Shown here: one piece after another, positions 34,945-47,990 of the stretch | Layout: the number at the start of each line of letters is the position of its first letter | How positions within the stretch are numbered: position 1 is the stretch's first letter | From: Squalus acanthias | Taxonomy: Eukaryota | Reading direction: 5' to 3' | NCBI GenBank assembly: GCA_030390025.1 | Contig: CM059425.1 | Span: 171,804,001 to 171,868,000, forward strand | DNA: 64,000 nucleotides | Translations under genes and position numbers: made by a program | Notes under the pieces: generated by a model | The model's input: only the letters and a program-made list of their open reading frames with translations | Database searches by the model: none | What the model was told of the DNA's origin: nothing

Positions 34945-35965
34945 TTTTTTTGGTCAAAGAGGTACATTTTAAGGAGGGTGTGAAAGGAAGAGGGGAGAAT
35001 GTGGAGAGCAGCTGGGTTAAAATTGGAATTCCACAGTGCAAGGCCAAGGCACTGAAGGTACGGCTGCCAATGGTGGGGTGAAGAGACAGAGGGATGCACA
35101 AGAGGCCAGAGTCATAGGAACGGAGAGCTCCAGGGGTAGGGGTTGTAGGGCTACAGGAGGTTACTGAGGTACTGAGGGATGGGGACATGGAGGGATTTAA
35201 AAACAGAGATGAAAATTATAAATTTGAGGTACTGGGGAACAAGGAACCAATGTAGGGCAACGAGGATAAGAGTAATGTGTCCGGGACTTGGTGCAGTAAA
35301 GGACATAGAAAACAGAGTTTAGAATGAGCTGAAGTTTATGCAAGGTGGAAATGGCCAGTAAAGCATTGGAGTAATTGAGTGTGGAGGTAAACAAGACATG
35401 GATGAGGGTTACGGGGTACGGTAGCATAGTGGTTAGGGTACTGGACTAGTAATCAGGTAGGCCTGGACTAATGATCTGGAGACAAGAGTTCAAATCCCAC
35501 CACGGCAGCTGGTGAATTTAAAATCAGTTAATTAAATAAATCTGGAATAGAAAGCTAGTATCAGTAATGGTGACCATGAAACTACCGGATTGTCGTAAAA
35601 ACCCATCTGGTTCACTTTAGGAAAGGAAATCTACCATCCTTACCCGGTCTGGCCTATATGTGACTCCAGACCCATAGCAATGTGGTTGTCTCTTTACTGC
35701 CCTCTGAAATGGCATAGTAAGCCATAAAGGCAGATCACCACCACCTTCCCAAGGGCAATTAGGATGGGCAATAAATGCTGGCCTTGTCTGTGACGCCCAC
35801 ATCCCGTGAATGATTAAAAAAATGGGAGATGAACTGATGTAGGGGTGGAGAAATGTGATGTTATAAAGCTGGAAGTAGACAAGCTTCATGATGGAAAGGA
35901 TAGGGGGTTGGCAGCTCAGCTGAGGGTCAGACGGGACACTGAGGTTGTGACTAGTCTGTTCAACA
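34945..35965 (-). mobile_element. L2 3' fragment interrupted by a SINE
   Basis: LNYSNALLA..LHKLQLI.N, IGSRTFS, CCTCTTTGACCAA; resumes after 35822. Confidence 0.75.
35414..35822 (+). mobile_element. tRNA-derived SINE (family A), full length
   Basis: Head GGGTACGGTAGCATAGTGG..GAGTTCAAATCCC; body as 6662-7038; tail CACCACCACCTT..AAGGGCAATTAGG..GGGCAATAAATGCTGGCC shared with the LINE 3' end at 40915-41004. Confidence 0.88.
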
Positions 35966-37699
35966 TTTTTTTTTTAAAGTGTGTATTAATCTTAAAACAA
36001 ATTGATATGAATCCACAACCTCCTGTTAACAGGACTTTACTGCAATACAAACTAAAAACAATTAATGCTAATTGACAAACATAAATCAATGTCAGTGATA
36101 AATCTAAATGATTAAATGCACTGTACATTACATAATGAAACATTATCAGGATTAATAAATTCTATTCCACGGGCATAGTAAGATTCCGTTCTTGGTGAAC
36201 TGACTCAACTTGCTGTATTATGAGCTAGACTTTCAATGAATCACACAAGTAAAAAGGCACCTGAATCAATTCTTCCCTGATTAGTCACTTTTCCAGGTTA
36301 AAACTGGTGAGTATTGCCGTCAGTCACAGACAGAGCTTTAAAATGTTGTCACAGGAATGGATGGCCAAGTGGGTTCTCCCCACCAGCCCAATCTATAGAC
36401 CACAATTCATAGAGTCAGTGGCTAAAATGTTACTGTCAAGGTTATCCACAGGTCTCAGTAATAGATTAAAAAACTCAAGGATGGAATTGAAATGTATTAG
36501 CCACTTGAGTGATCAGAATAAAGCACAAAACGATATGATTTTAATTCAATTTCTGATCATACTCATATCCCAGCTATCATTTTTTGAACCTGTCAAGAGT
36601 CCTGGCAAGCTCTTTTACAGGTACAAGAAATGGAAGTAGATTACTCCACATATACTAAATGTAACCCTCAGGATCCCTCTGGTCATTAAACAATTTCACT
36701 GTTCATTTCACAAACTGGTTACTAATGTATGACGACTAAAATCAATGCCAGTGCTAATCCAGATAATAAGACAATTCATAGGAATTTTGTTAAAATTAGT
36801 AACATTTCTAACAGCTATGTCACATCACCAGCGTAAAAATAGCTGTTTAAACAAACTGAATTGTATTTTCTCCCACCCATATGTAATTATAGTTTGTGTG
36901 CACACGCAGATATGGGGAGAGAGAGAGATAGACACACAAACACACTGGAGAAGAAAACTACTTGTACATACATCTATTAAATCCAAGTTAGTTTAAATTG
37001 CCAGTTATTTTTTCAAAGTAATTAACTTATAAATAGTCCAAAAAAAAACAAGATTTTTCACAAACACAATGCACCAAGCCCATAGCTGAAGTCAATGCTG
37101 CAAATCACCAATGGAGCAGATTATATAAAAAAGGACAGGGCTCATTTCCGATTTCAGCTCCAATATCAGTCTGGCATGTCTCATTGTCACTTCTGCTGTG
37201 CTCTGTTTAAATTAATCACATTATGAACATAGTGCTTTAATAAGGTGATCATTTCACTGGTGAACACTATGAATTTTTCACAGCTTTTTCCACTTGAATA
37301 CAGACTTGCCAGTATTTGTTTTGCAGGAAGGTACCCTGTGATAAAATGCATCTGATGGGCAAGATGAATAATCCCAAGTGAGAAAATCCAATCTCTCCCA
37401 GAGACCCTGGAGCAGTGATTTATATATACAACACATTACTAATTTATGGAGGTTAAGGCTTTGATATGGCTCTGGTGCTCAGCAAAATCACTGAAGTACT
37501 ATTTCTTTCAGTTTGAAGTATGAAGAAAAAAAACACACTATTAAACAGCACCTTTGTAACTATCTGTATGTCCCCCTCCACAGATAATTATGTAGGAATT
37601 CAGTTACCAATTAAAATGGAAAAAGCCCAAAAATTTAATATTTTTATTTACTGTCCATTGAGTCGATGACAATTTATTTTTTTAAATCATCGACATAGA

Positions 37700-37914
37700 T
37701 ACAAAAGCAAAATACTGCAGTTGCTGGAAATCTGAAATCAAAACAGAAAATGCTGGAAATACTCAGTTGGTCAGGCAGCATCTGTGGAGAGAGAAACAGA
37801 GTAAACGTTGCAGCTCAATGACCTTTCGTCAGAACTGGAAAAAGTTGGAGATGTAGCAGATTTTAAGCAAGTGCAGGGGCAAGGAAAGGGGGAGGGGAAG
37901 AAAGAATAAAAGGG
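37700..37914 (-). mobile_element. Penelope (family B) 3' pseudo-LTR; continues at 41005
   Basis: Same pLTR as 55100-55312; hammerhead GAAA mutated to GCAA. Confidence 0.85.
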
Positions 37915-40900
37915 AATTATCAGTAATGGTAACCATTGTCGTAAAAACCCATCTGGTTCACTAATGTCCTTTAGGGAAGGAAATCTGACGTCCTTACCTG
38001 GTCTGGCCTATATATGTGACTCCAGACCCACAACAATGTGGTTGACTCTGAACTGCCCTCTGAAATGGCCTTGCAAGTCACTCAGTTGTAACAAACCGCT
38101 TCGAAACACAATAAGAATAAAACCGAACGGACCACCCGGCATCAACCTCGGCACCGGCTATGGACATGGCAACGGCACACCCAGCCCAGTCGACCCTGCA
38201 AAGTGCTCCTCACCAACATCTGGGGACTAGTGCCAAAATTGGGAGAGCTGTCCCACACACTAGTCAAGGAACAGCCCGACATAGTCATACTCACAAAATC
38301 ATACCTTTCAGTCAATGTCCCAAACTCCTCCATCACCCAGCTGCAGCACAGATCCACCAGGGGTGGCGGCACAGTGGTATACAGTCGGGAAGGAGTGGCC
38401 CTGGGAGTCCTCAACATTGACTCCCGACCCCATGAAGTCTCATAGCTTCAGGTCAAGCATGGGCAAGGAAACCTCGTGCTGATTACCACCTACCGCCCTC
38501 CCTCAGCTGATGAATCAGTACTCCTCCATGTTGAACACCACTTGGAAGAAGCACTGGGCACAGAATGTACTCTGGGTGGGGGACTTAAATGTCCATCACC
38601 AAGAGTGGCTTGGTAGCACCACTACTGACCAAGATGGCCGAGTCCTGAAGGACATAGCTGCCAGTCTGGGCCTGTGACAAGTGGTGAGAGAACCAACACG
38701 AGGTAAAAACCTACTTGACCTTGTCCTCACCAATCTACCTGTCGCAGCTGCATCTGTCCATGACAGTATTGGTAGCAGTGACCACCGCACAGTCATTGTG
38801 GAGACGAAGTCCCGTCTCCACACTGAGGACACCCTCCATCGTGTTGTGTGGCACTACTACCGTGCGAAATGGGATAGATTCAGAACAGATCTAACAGCTC
38901 AAAACTGGGTATCAATGAGGCGCTGTGGGCCATCAGCAGCAGCAGAATTGTATTCCACCTCATGGCCCTGGGATATCCCTCACTCTACCATTTCCATCAA
39001 GCCAGGGGACCAATCCTGGTTCAATAAGGAGTGTAGAAGAGTATGCCAGGAGCAGCACCAGGCGTACCTAAAAATGAGGTGCCAACCTGGGGAAGCTGCA
39101 ACACAGGACTACATGCATGCTAAAAAGCGGAAGCAGCATGCTATAGACAGGGCTAAGCGATCCCACAATCAACAGATCAGATCAAAGCTCTGCAGTCCTG
39201 CCACATGCAGTCATGAATGGTGGTGGACAATTAAACAACTAACGGGAGGAGGAGGCTCCATGAATATCCCCATCCCCAATGATGGCGGAGCCCAGCACAT
39301 GAGTGCAAAAGACAAGGCTGAAGCGTTTGCAACCATCTTCAGCCAGAAGTGACGAGTGGATGATCCATATCGGCCTACTCCTGAGGTCCCCACCATCACA
39401 GAAGCCAGTCTTCAGCCAATTCGATTCACTCCACGTGATAAAGAAATGGCTGAGCGCACTGGATACAGCAAAGGCTATGGGCCCCGACAACATCCCAGCT
39501 ATCGTGCTGAAGACTTGTGCTCCAGAACTAGCCGCGCCTCTAGCCAAGCTGTTCCAGTACAGCTACAACACTGGCATCTATCCGACAATGTGGAAAACGG
39601 CCCAGGTATGTCCTGTCCACAAAAAGCAGGACAAATCCAACCCGGCCAATTACCGCCCCATCAGTCTACTCTCAATCATCAGCAAAGTGATGGAAGGTGT
39701 CAGCGGCAGTGCTATCAAGCGGCACTTACTCACCAATAACCTGCTCACTGATGCCCAGTTTGGGTTCCACCAAGAACACTCATTAAAGCCTTGGTCCAAA
39801 CATGAATTCCAGAGATGAGGTGAGAGTGACTGCCCTTGACATCAAGGCAGCATTTGACCGAGTGTAGCATCAAGGAGCCCTAGTAAAACTGAAGTCAATG
39901 GGAATCGGGGAGGGGGGGAACTCTCCACTGGCTGGAGTCATACCTAGCACAAAGGAAGATGATTGTGGTGGTTGAAGGTCAATCATCACAGCCCCAGGAC
40001 ATCGCCGCAGGAGTTCCTCAGGGCAGTGTCATAGGCCCAACCATCTTCAGCTGCTTCATCAATGACCTTCCCTCCAACATAAGGTCAGAAATGGGGATGT
40101 TCGCTGATGACTGCACAGTGTTCAGCGCCATTCACAACTCCTCAGATAATGAAGCAGTCTATGCCCGCATGCAACAAGACCTGGACGACGTTCAGGCTTA
40201 GGCTGATAAGTGGCAGGTAGCATTCACACCACAGAAGTGCCAGGCAATGACTATCTCCAACAAGCGAGAGACTAACCATCCCCCCTTGACATTCAATGGT
40301 ATTACCATTGCCGAATCCCCCACCATCAACATCCTGGGGTTCACCATTGTCCAGAAACTTAACTGGACCAGCCACATAAATACTGTGGCAACAAGAGCAG
40401 GTCAGAGGCTGGGTATTCTGCGGCAAATGTCTCACCTCCTGACTCCCCAAAGCCTTTCCACCAGCTACAAGGCACAAGTAAGGAGTGTGATGGAATACCT
40501 TCCACTTGCCTGGATGTGTGCAGCTCCAACAACACTCAAGAAGTTCGACACCATCCAGGACAAAGCAGCCCGCTTGATTGGCACCCCATCCACCACCTTA
40601 AACATTCACTCCCTCCACCACCGGCGTACCGTGGCTGCAGTGTATACCATCTACAAGATGCACTGCAGCAACTCCCCAAGGCTTCTTCGGCAGCACCTCC
40701 CAAACCTACGAACTTTTCCACCTCGAAGGACAAGGGCAGCAGGCGCATGGGAACACCACCACATCCAAGTTCCCCTCCAAGTCACACACTATCCTGACCT
40801 GGAAGTATATCGCTGATCCTTCATCATCGCTGGGTCAAAATCCTGGAACTCCCTAACTAACAGCACTGTGGGAGTACGTTCATCACACGGACTGCAGCGG

Positions 40901-41004
40901 TTCAAGGCGGCGGCTCACCACCACCTTCTTAAGGGCAATTAGGAATGGGCAATAAATGCTGGCCTTGCCAGCGACGCCCACATCCCATAAACGAATAAAA
41001 AAAA
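37915..41004 (+). mobile_element. CR1-group LINE (distinct lineage) with single disrupted APE-RT ORF and SINE-derived 5' end
   Basis: LLTNIWGL..PDIVILT, SSDH (APE); KAMGPD, ANYRPISLLS, GVPQGSVIGP, MFADD (RT); multiple frameshifts; poly-A tail; 37915-38095 matches the family-A SINE body. Confidence 0.9.
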
Positions 41005-41847
41005 ATGCGACGGAGACGGAGACACTGGGAGAATGGAATAGAGTCCTTACAGGAAGCGGGGTGGGAGGAAGTGTAGCCCAGGTAGCTGTGGGAGTCAGTG
41101 GATGTTTGTCGATAGCCTATCCCCAGAAATGGAGACAGAGAAGTCGAGAAAGGGAGGGGAAGAGTCGGAGATGGACTATGTGAAGATGAGGGAAAGGTGG
41201 AAATTGGCAGCAAAGTGAAGGAAATTTTCTAGTTCAGGGAGAGAGCAGGAAACGGCACCAATACAGTCATCAATTTACTGGAAAAAGAGGTGAGGGAGGG
41301 GACCCAAGTAGAACTGGAACAAGAATGTTCCACATATCCCACGAAAAGGCAGGCACAGCTAGGACCCATGCGGGTTCCTATAGCAACACCTTTAATTTGG
41401 AGGAAGTGAGTGGAGTCAAAGGAGAATTTGCTCAATGTGAGAACAAGTTTAGCCAGGCGGAGGAGGGTGGTGGTGGATGGGGACTGGTTGTGCCTCTGTT
41501 CAAGGAAGAAGTGGAGCGCCCTCAGGCCGTCCTGGTGGAGGATGGAGGTGTAGAGGTATTGGACGTCCATAGTGAAAAGCAGATGGCTGGGGTCAAGAAA
41601 CTGGAAACTGTTAAAGTGGCGGAGGGCGTCGGAAGAGTCGCGGATGTAGGTGGGAAGAAAAAATAAGAGTCGAGATAAGAAGAAATAATTTCCGTGGGGC
41701 AAGAACAGTCCGAAACGATAGATCTACCAGGGCAGTCCTGTTTGTGAATCTTGGGAAGGAGATAGAAGCGGGCTGTGCGGGGTTGGGAACTATGAGATTG
41801 GCGGCTGTGGAGAGAAGATCTTCAGAGGCAATGAAGTCAGTGACAGG
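41005..41847 (-). mobile_element. Penelope (family B) RT fragment
   Basis: [59 protein letters not shown]. Confidence 0.88.
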
Positions 41848-41914
41848 TCAGTTATATATAGAGTTGATGTGTACATTAATATTTAGTGTACATAACCAGT
41901 TAGACCATTTAGTT

Positions 41915-43235
41915 TAATGTCAGTGGTAGGAAAGGTAATGGAATCTTTATTCAAAGATGTAATAGAAAAACATCCAGCAACCGAAAATATAATAAAGAGT
42001 AGTCAGCACGGATTTCAAAAGGGAGGGTCATGCTTGATCAACTGTAGTAAATTCTTTGAAGATGCAACAGAAAGAGTAGACAAGGGTAATGCAGTAGATG
42101 TAATATATTTGGATTATAAAAGGCCTTTGATAAGATACCGCATAGTAGACTTATGACTAAAGTCAGAGAGCATGTGGAGTCGGGACAGGTAGCAGAATGA
42201 ATAGAAAGCTGGCTACAAAACAGAAAGTCGGGGTTAAGGGCAGCTACTGCTGTTCCACAAGGATCGGTGATGGGATCAATGTTGTTCACAATTTACAATA
42301 ACGATTTGGACTCAGGAATGAGAAGTACAATTCTAATTTGCAGACACCAAATTGGGAGATGTAGTTAATACAAAGGAAGAATGCGACAAAATACAAAAAT
42401 ATATTAATAAACTTGCAGAATGGGCGTTTAATCGGTAAATGAATTTCAATATAGGTAACTGTGAGGTTGTGCATTTTGGTAGGAAGAATAAGGAGGCCAC
42501 ATACTGCTTGGATATTATCAATGGGGTAGAGGAGCAAAAGTCTAGGGATACAGATACATAAATCACCAAAAGTCATGACGCAGGTTAATAAGGCCATTTA
42601 AAAAAAGCAAATAAAGCACTGGGGTTCATTTCTATAGGGATAGAATTGAAAATCAGAGAAGTTGTTAAGCTTACATAAAACCTTGGTTAGACCACATTTG
42701 GAGCACTGTGCACAGTTGTAGTCTCCATATTATAAAAGGGATATAGAGGCTTTGGGGAAGGTGCAAAAAAGATTCACAAGGATGATACCAGAACTGAGAG
42801 TTTATAACTATTAGGAAAGACTGAACAGGCTGGGGCTTCTTTCTCTAGAAAAGAGAAGGTTGAGGGGTGACCTGATAGAGGTCTTTAAGATTATGAAAAG
42901 GTTTGACAGGGTAAACATGGAGAAAATGTTTCCACTTGTGGGGGAGATCAAAACTAGAGGTCATAAATATAAGATTGTCACTAATAAATCCAATAGGGAA
43001 TTCAGGAGAAACTTCTTTACCCAAAGAGTGGTAAGAATATGGAGCTCACTACCAGAAGTAGTGGTTGAGGCAAAATAGCATAGATACATTTAAGGGGAAG
43101 CTAGATAAGTACATGAGGGAGAAAGGAATGGAAGAGAATGCTGATAGGGTTAGATAAAGATGGGCTGGGAGGAGGCTCATGTGGAGCATAAACAGCAGCA
43201 CATTGGGCCGAATGGCCTGTTTCGGTGCTGTAGAC
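41915..43235 (+). mobile_element. CR1 LINE, degenerate RT to 3' end
   Basis: SQHGFQKG.SCLIN, VDVIYLD, RGDLIEVFKIMK, FFTQRVV. Confidence 0.88.
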
Positions 43236-43523
43236 TCGATGGAACCTACATTTCTCAGAAAGATGCCTCGACATGCATCTACCACTTTGATGCTGCAAAA
43301 GCAGATTTTTCTCTTTCTCTGTTACTGACCTCCAGTTGGAACACCAACACAACATCAAGTGAAACTATTCAGGGTGTCAATATTTTTTTTCACACGGTGA
43401 CTTTCTAAATCTAGCTGGGTAACGACACAGATACCTGGATGCAGACTTCATACATGGTGTTAAAATAAAATGGTGAGCCAACCTACTTGACTCTCATTCT
43501 CACTCTGCAGTCAATGGAACTGA

Positions 43524-44438
43524 ATACCAGACGCTGCGTGTAAGGGGCGGCCGATCCGATACCAGACGCTGCGTGTAAGGGGCAGCCGATCCGATACCAG
43601 ACACTACGTGTAAGGGGCGGCCGATCCGATACCAGACGCTGCGTATAACGTGCGGCCGATCCGATACCAGACGCTGCGTGTAACGGGCGGCCGATCAGAT
43701 ACCAGACGCTGCGTGTAAGGGGCGGCCGATCTGATACCAGACGCTGCGTGTAAGGGGCGGCCGATCTGATACCAGACGCTGCGTGTAAGGGGCGGCCGAT
43801 CTGATACCAGACGCTGCGTGTAACGGGCGGCCGATCAGATACCAGACGCTGCGTGTAAGGGGCGGCCGATCTGATACCAGACGCTGCGTGTAAGGGGCGG
43901 CCGATCTGATACCAGACGCTGCGTGTAAGGGGCAGCCGATCCGATACCAGATGCTGCGTGTAAGGGGCAGCCGATCCGATACCAGATGCTGCGTGTAAGG
44001 GGCGGCCGATCTGATACCAGACGCTGCGTGTAAGGGGCGGCCGATCCGATACCAGACGCTGCGTGTAAGGGGCGGCCGATCCGATACCAGACGCTGCGTA
44101 TAACGTGCGGCCGATCAGATACCAGACACTGCGTGTAACGGGCGGCCGATCCGATACCAGACGCTGCGTGTAAGGGGCGACCGATCTGATACCAGACGCT
44201 GCGTGTAAGGGGCGGCCGATCAGATACCAGACGCTGCGTGTAAGGGGCGACCGATCCGATACCAGACGCTGCGTGTAAGGGGCGGCCGATCAGATACCAG
44301 ACACTACGTGTAAGGGGCGACCGATCCGATACCAGACGCTGCGTATAACGGGCGGCCGATCCGATACCAGACGCTGCGTGTAAGGGGCGACCGATCCGAT
44401 ACCAGACGCTACGTGTAAGGGGCAGCCGATCAGATACC
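43524..44438. repeat. 35-bp minisatellite, 26 copies
   Basis: Consensus ATACCAGACGCTGCGTGTAAGGGGCGGCCGATCCG; substitution variants only, no indels seen. Confidence 0.98.
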
Positions 44439-44658
44439 GCCCGTTTTGCACCACCACCTGAGACTGATTTGTACCCCCTTATATTTTCTATTCTTTTGTG
44501 TAGAAGGCGGGGGTTTAACCAATACAATATTTATGTTGATACTTATTTTATCTGTTAAGTGGGAAAATAGATACTTACACAAGTCATGTTTTTATTTCAC
44601 CTACTTTTCTCTGCTTTCCTGTTTTACTCACATCTCCTGTAAGCCAGAGAAACACAAT

Positions 44659-45588
44659 GGCCCGTATTTTCCGATCGCAGGCCTCCTGCGGGCGGAGGCC
44701 TGCGATCTGGAAAAATCTGCCCCTTACCTGAGGGCTCCCGGGACGCACACGCTTCCTCTCCTGGGCCTCACCAAACTTGAAGTGTGCAGGGCCCACGTAT
44801 CCCAGAGGCGCAGGTAGTTCGCAGCGTCCCTGGGATCACGTGGGCCATGGGGAGCCAATCACAGAAGGGAATCTCCCTTCACACATTTGACAGGAAGACC
44901 TGTCAAATATGTGAATGGAGGTCAATGAAAAAACATAGTAAAACTTAAAATAATTTTTTTTTAAAAATCACATTTTTAAAATGACTTGAAATTACAGTAA
45001 ACTCTTTCTTATCCAGCACCTATGGGACCAGGATGGTGCCGGTTGATGAAAAATTCTGGATAACAGAGAGGTATACCTACCAAGGCAATTTTTAACACAA
45101 ACAAAAATAAAAACCACTGACTAACTTGGCCACCGCGGGAGACTCGGACTCGGCAAAACGAGTGCTGGATGGATTCGGCAAGATTACCGGTTATCTATTT
45201 TGCCGGTTATTAAAGTATTCCGGATGATTAAGTGCCGTTTAAACAAGAGTTTACTGAACAATAAATTAAGTACTTTAAACAAAAATTTAATTTTTTTGAA
45301 AAAAATAATTAAAGTTTTTTACGGGGCTAAAAATAAACTTACCTTTTTTTAAAAGTATTTTTAAATGATAAATCAGTGAAAAATTTTAAATTTTTTTACT
45401 TTTTTTCAACTCTTATCCTGGTAAAAGCAGGCATTACGCATGCTTTTACCAGGCGTAAGAATTGTAAGGGTCTTCTGCGGGCGGAGGGTCTCCAAAAAGC
45501 GGAACTATCCGCCCGCAGAGGCCTTTCTCCAGGGCAGCCGGAGGATATACAGCACGTACCCACCCGTAGGGATCTGAATATCTGGGCC
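44659..45588. mobile_element. Harbinger-type MITE, same family as 4901-5627 in opposite orientation
   Basis: AAT TSD on both sides; TIRs GGCCCGTATTTTCCGATC / GATCTGAATATCTGGGCC; shared internal hairpin and AT-rich core. Confidence 0.85.
44995..45256. mobile_element. Tc1/mariner (pogo/Tigger-like) MITE nested in the Harbinger MITE
   Basis: TA|CAGTAAACTCTT... and ...AAGAGTTTACTG TIRs; this segment is absent from the 4901-5627 copy. Confidence 0.8.
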
Positions 45589-46609
45589 AATGGTCTTCCC
45601 AAATCATAGAAATCCTCGTGTTGCAAATGCTGGGTTCTCAGCCGAAAAAGATGTTATGCTAGCAGAGCAGGATAGGTGTCTGTGACAAAAAATTATTTTT
45701 GTCTGAACTAGATTATTTGAATGTTGTATTACTAGTAACAGTACACACAGAATTGAAGTCAATTTCTGCAAGCTGTCTAGCTAACAGGTACCGCAGAGCA
45801 AGGCAGAAGTATGGGCAGTTTTGGAGGTTTTAATGGTCCTGATTGCTGCCATTGTAGCTGGATAGAGGCCCTGCTTGGTCATCCTAGGGTGTTAATTATT
45901 CATTGACAACTATGTCTGGAGGTGAAGACATGGATCGGGCCTGCGAGTAGGGGTGGGACCAATGCTTCTTAGTAGTCTTTGTAACAGATAACTCTGTGGC
46001 TTAGGGTTTCCAATTGCAAGGCTACTTGTGTTTAGCTCATCAGTCAACAATGAGGCACAAACCAGCAAAGGATCTGCTCCAAGTCAGAGACTCACGAGCA
46101 GTATTTTTGCCATGTAAGAAGTGAGCATCATTTTCAAGGTTCAACGTATGTAGAGAGGTAGCTGAGGAAGAGGTGCATTTATTATTTTAATGTAACGAAA
46201 ATAATTTCTAAGTTTGTAATGTACTGATTAACGCTGACTACTGTTTATTTACCTTCTTTGTTTGATTAAATCGCATGTGGGTTTATAGCTGAGTCTTGGT
46301 CTCACAGAGTGTATATTAATCCACCTACTGAAGAGAAGAATCTTGTGGCAGCACTTGATGCATTCCAGCAAGTCAACATACAGTGGTAAGGGCTCTCTGT
46401 CAAATCTTCCTATCGTTTACTTGATATAAGGTAGGTAAAGCCACACTCCAAATCATAGGAGGTGCAAGGTCCACTGACCGGAACGGTCAGCGACGCTGGA
46501 CCCCAGTAAATTATCGAGGGATTATTATATTTTCAATTTAGACCAAATAAGCTAGTTAAATATTTTAAATTTGAAGTAAGTTGAATAGCAGCAAACAACA
46601 ATATTTTTT

Positions 46610-47550
46610 AAAATGGTAAGAACTCAAAAATATTTAGAGATAGTTAACCTGACTGGCTGCAAAGAAAAAAAAGACAAAGAGTGCAACAGTTAAAAATGCA
46701 GAAATTGAAGGCCATAAAGGAACAACACAAGGCAGAGAGAAAGACAACAAGTAGAGGCACTACGTAAATTTAAGGGGGAGGAAATGAAGAAGCAGCAATG
46801 ATTGGAGGTGGACGAAAAAGAGGAGCATCAGCACGCACTGGAAATGGCTGAAAGAGGCACATTGTCAGCAAGGCTGGTAAGGGAGGGTACAGCTGATTAA
46901 GTCCATAACTTGATTTGGAATAATTTTGTTAAACCCAGTCCGATACCAAATTAACCAAAGGAAAACGGCACAGATAGATTTTTACAGGTGTTGAATTACT
47001 GGCGAGCCACCATAAATAGAATGAAAACGTGTGGGCAGAACGACTTATGCTGTCACTTGGCAGTAAAACGCTTGCAGCATTTTACATGCAGATCCAATGG
47101 AGAATGCAGACGATGGAACTGTAAAGCATGATATTATTCTGCTGAAGACTTCTTGCCTGAAGCATACACACTGACATTTCAGAATCTATAGAAAATGCTT
47201 TATGGAACTTAGACAGCTGGAAGATATCCAGAAACTATGGTTAGGAGGACAGCATATAATGGTTTATGGGAATATGTTAAGGGAAGAGTTCTGGATGATT
47301 TGAAAGTGTCAAATTTGGTGGCTTGATAGAGAGTCAAGGCACTCAAAGAATTAGGTGAATAGGCTGATCATTTTACGGCTTCATGAGCACCTGTAAACTG
47401 TAGCGTGGGCAGAAGATCAGATTTCCTGCACCATGCAAGTTGCTGACCTAGTTTAGTTTAGTTCATAAGCTATGAGCCAGTCTCTACAGACCCGCAGAAC
47501 ACAGATGGACAAAGACAAAAGTATCAGGTGATTCAAGTGTGAAAGAGTCA
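46610..47550 (+). pseudogene. Gypsy (Gmr1-like) gag relic
   Basis: E/K-rich coiled-coil remnant, then, with stops and shifts, TDRFLQ.ELLA...ENVWAERLMLSLGSKTLAAF and FLPEAYTLTFQN, matching the gag pattern FER.A..W..E.WA..L..GKA..AY / L.PEAYR..FR. Confidence 0.6.
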
Positions 47551-47990
47551 CAGAACACCACAGGTAGAAAAATATACCCTAATAATACATCGCTGCTGAC
47601 ACTGTATGCAAAATTATTCTGTGAGGTGGCTCAAAATGGTGGAACTCCAATGTGTGCCACAGAGTGACAAGGCAGTCATACACATCAACAATTCTTGCAC
47701 ATGGGCCAGTGAAACACAGAATTGAAGCACTTCCTCATTTGAAAAGTGTGAGAAAATCAAAAGGACCGTCATCTCCACATCATTATGCAGCAGCTGGTTT
47801 CAGTGCCATCAGGGTAGGCTTTGGATCATGTCACCTGCCCTTGGATGTCACATGGAATCAGCATACCATGAAGGGATGGAAAAACATAATTACAAAAAAG
47901 GAAAAGAAAGAATCTGCATTTATATAACATCTTCCAGAAAGCTTCACAGCTAATCAATTACTTTTGAGGTTCAGACTCTGTTACGTAGGC

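Noticed and set aside
43524..44438. CRISPR-like array (35-bp repeats)
   Set aside because: The units are directly adjacent with no unique spacers, there are no cas genes, and the context is vertebrate; it is a minisatellite.
43835..44527. 230-aa repetitive ORF
   Set aside because: Its 35-aa periodicity follows from translating a 35-bp repeat; there is no evidence of a gene.
46289..46385. Plus-strand exon candidate (ESWSHRVYINPPTEEKNLVAALDAFQQVNIQW)
   Set aside because: AG/GTAAG boundaries and an open frame exist, but the acceptor is weak, the peptide is unrecognised, and it lies next to a Gypsy relic (possible LTR or leader).
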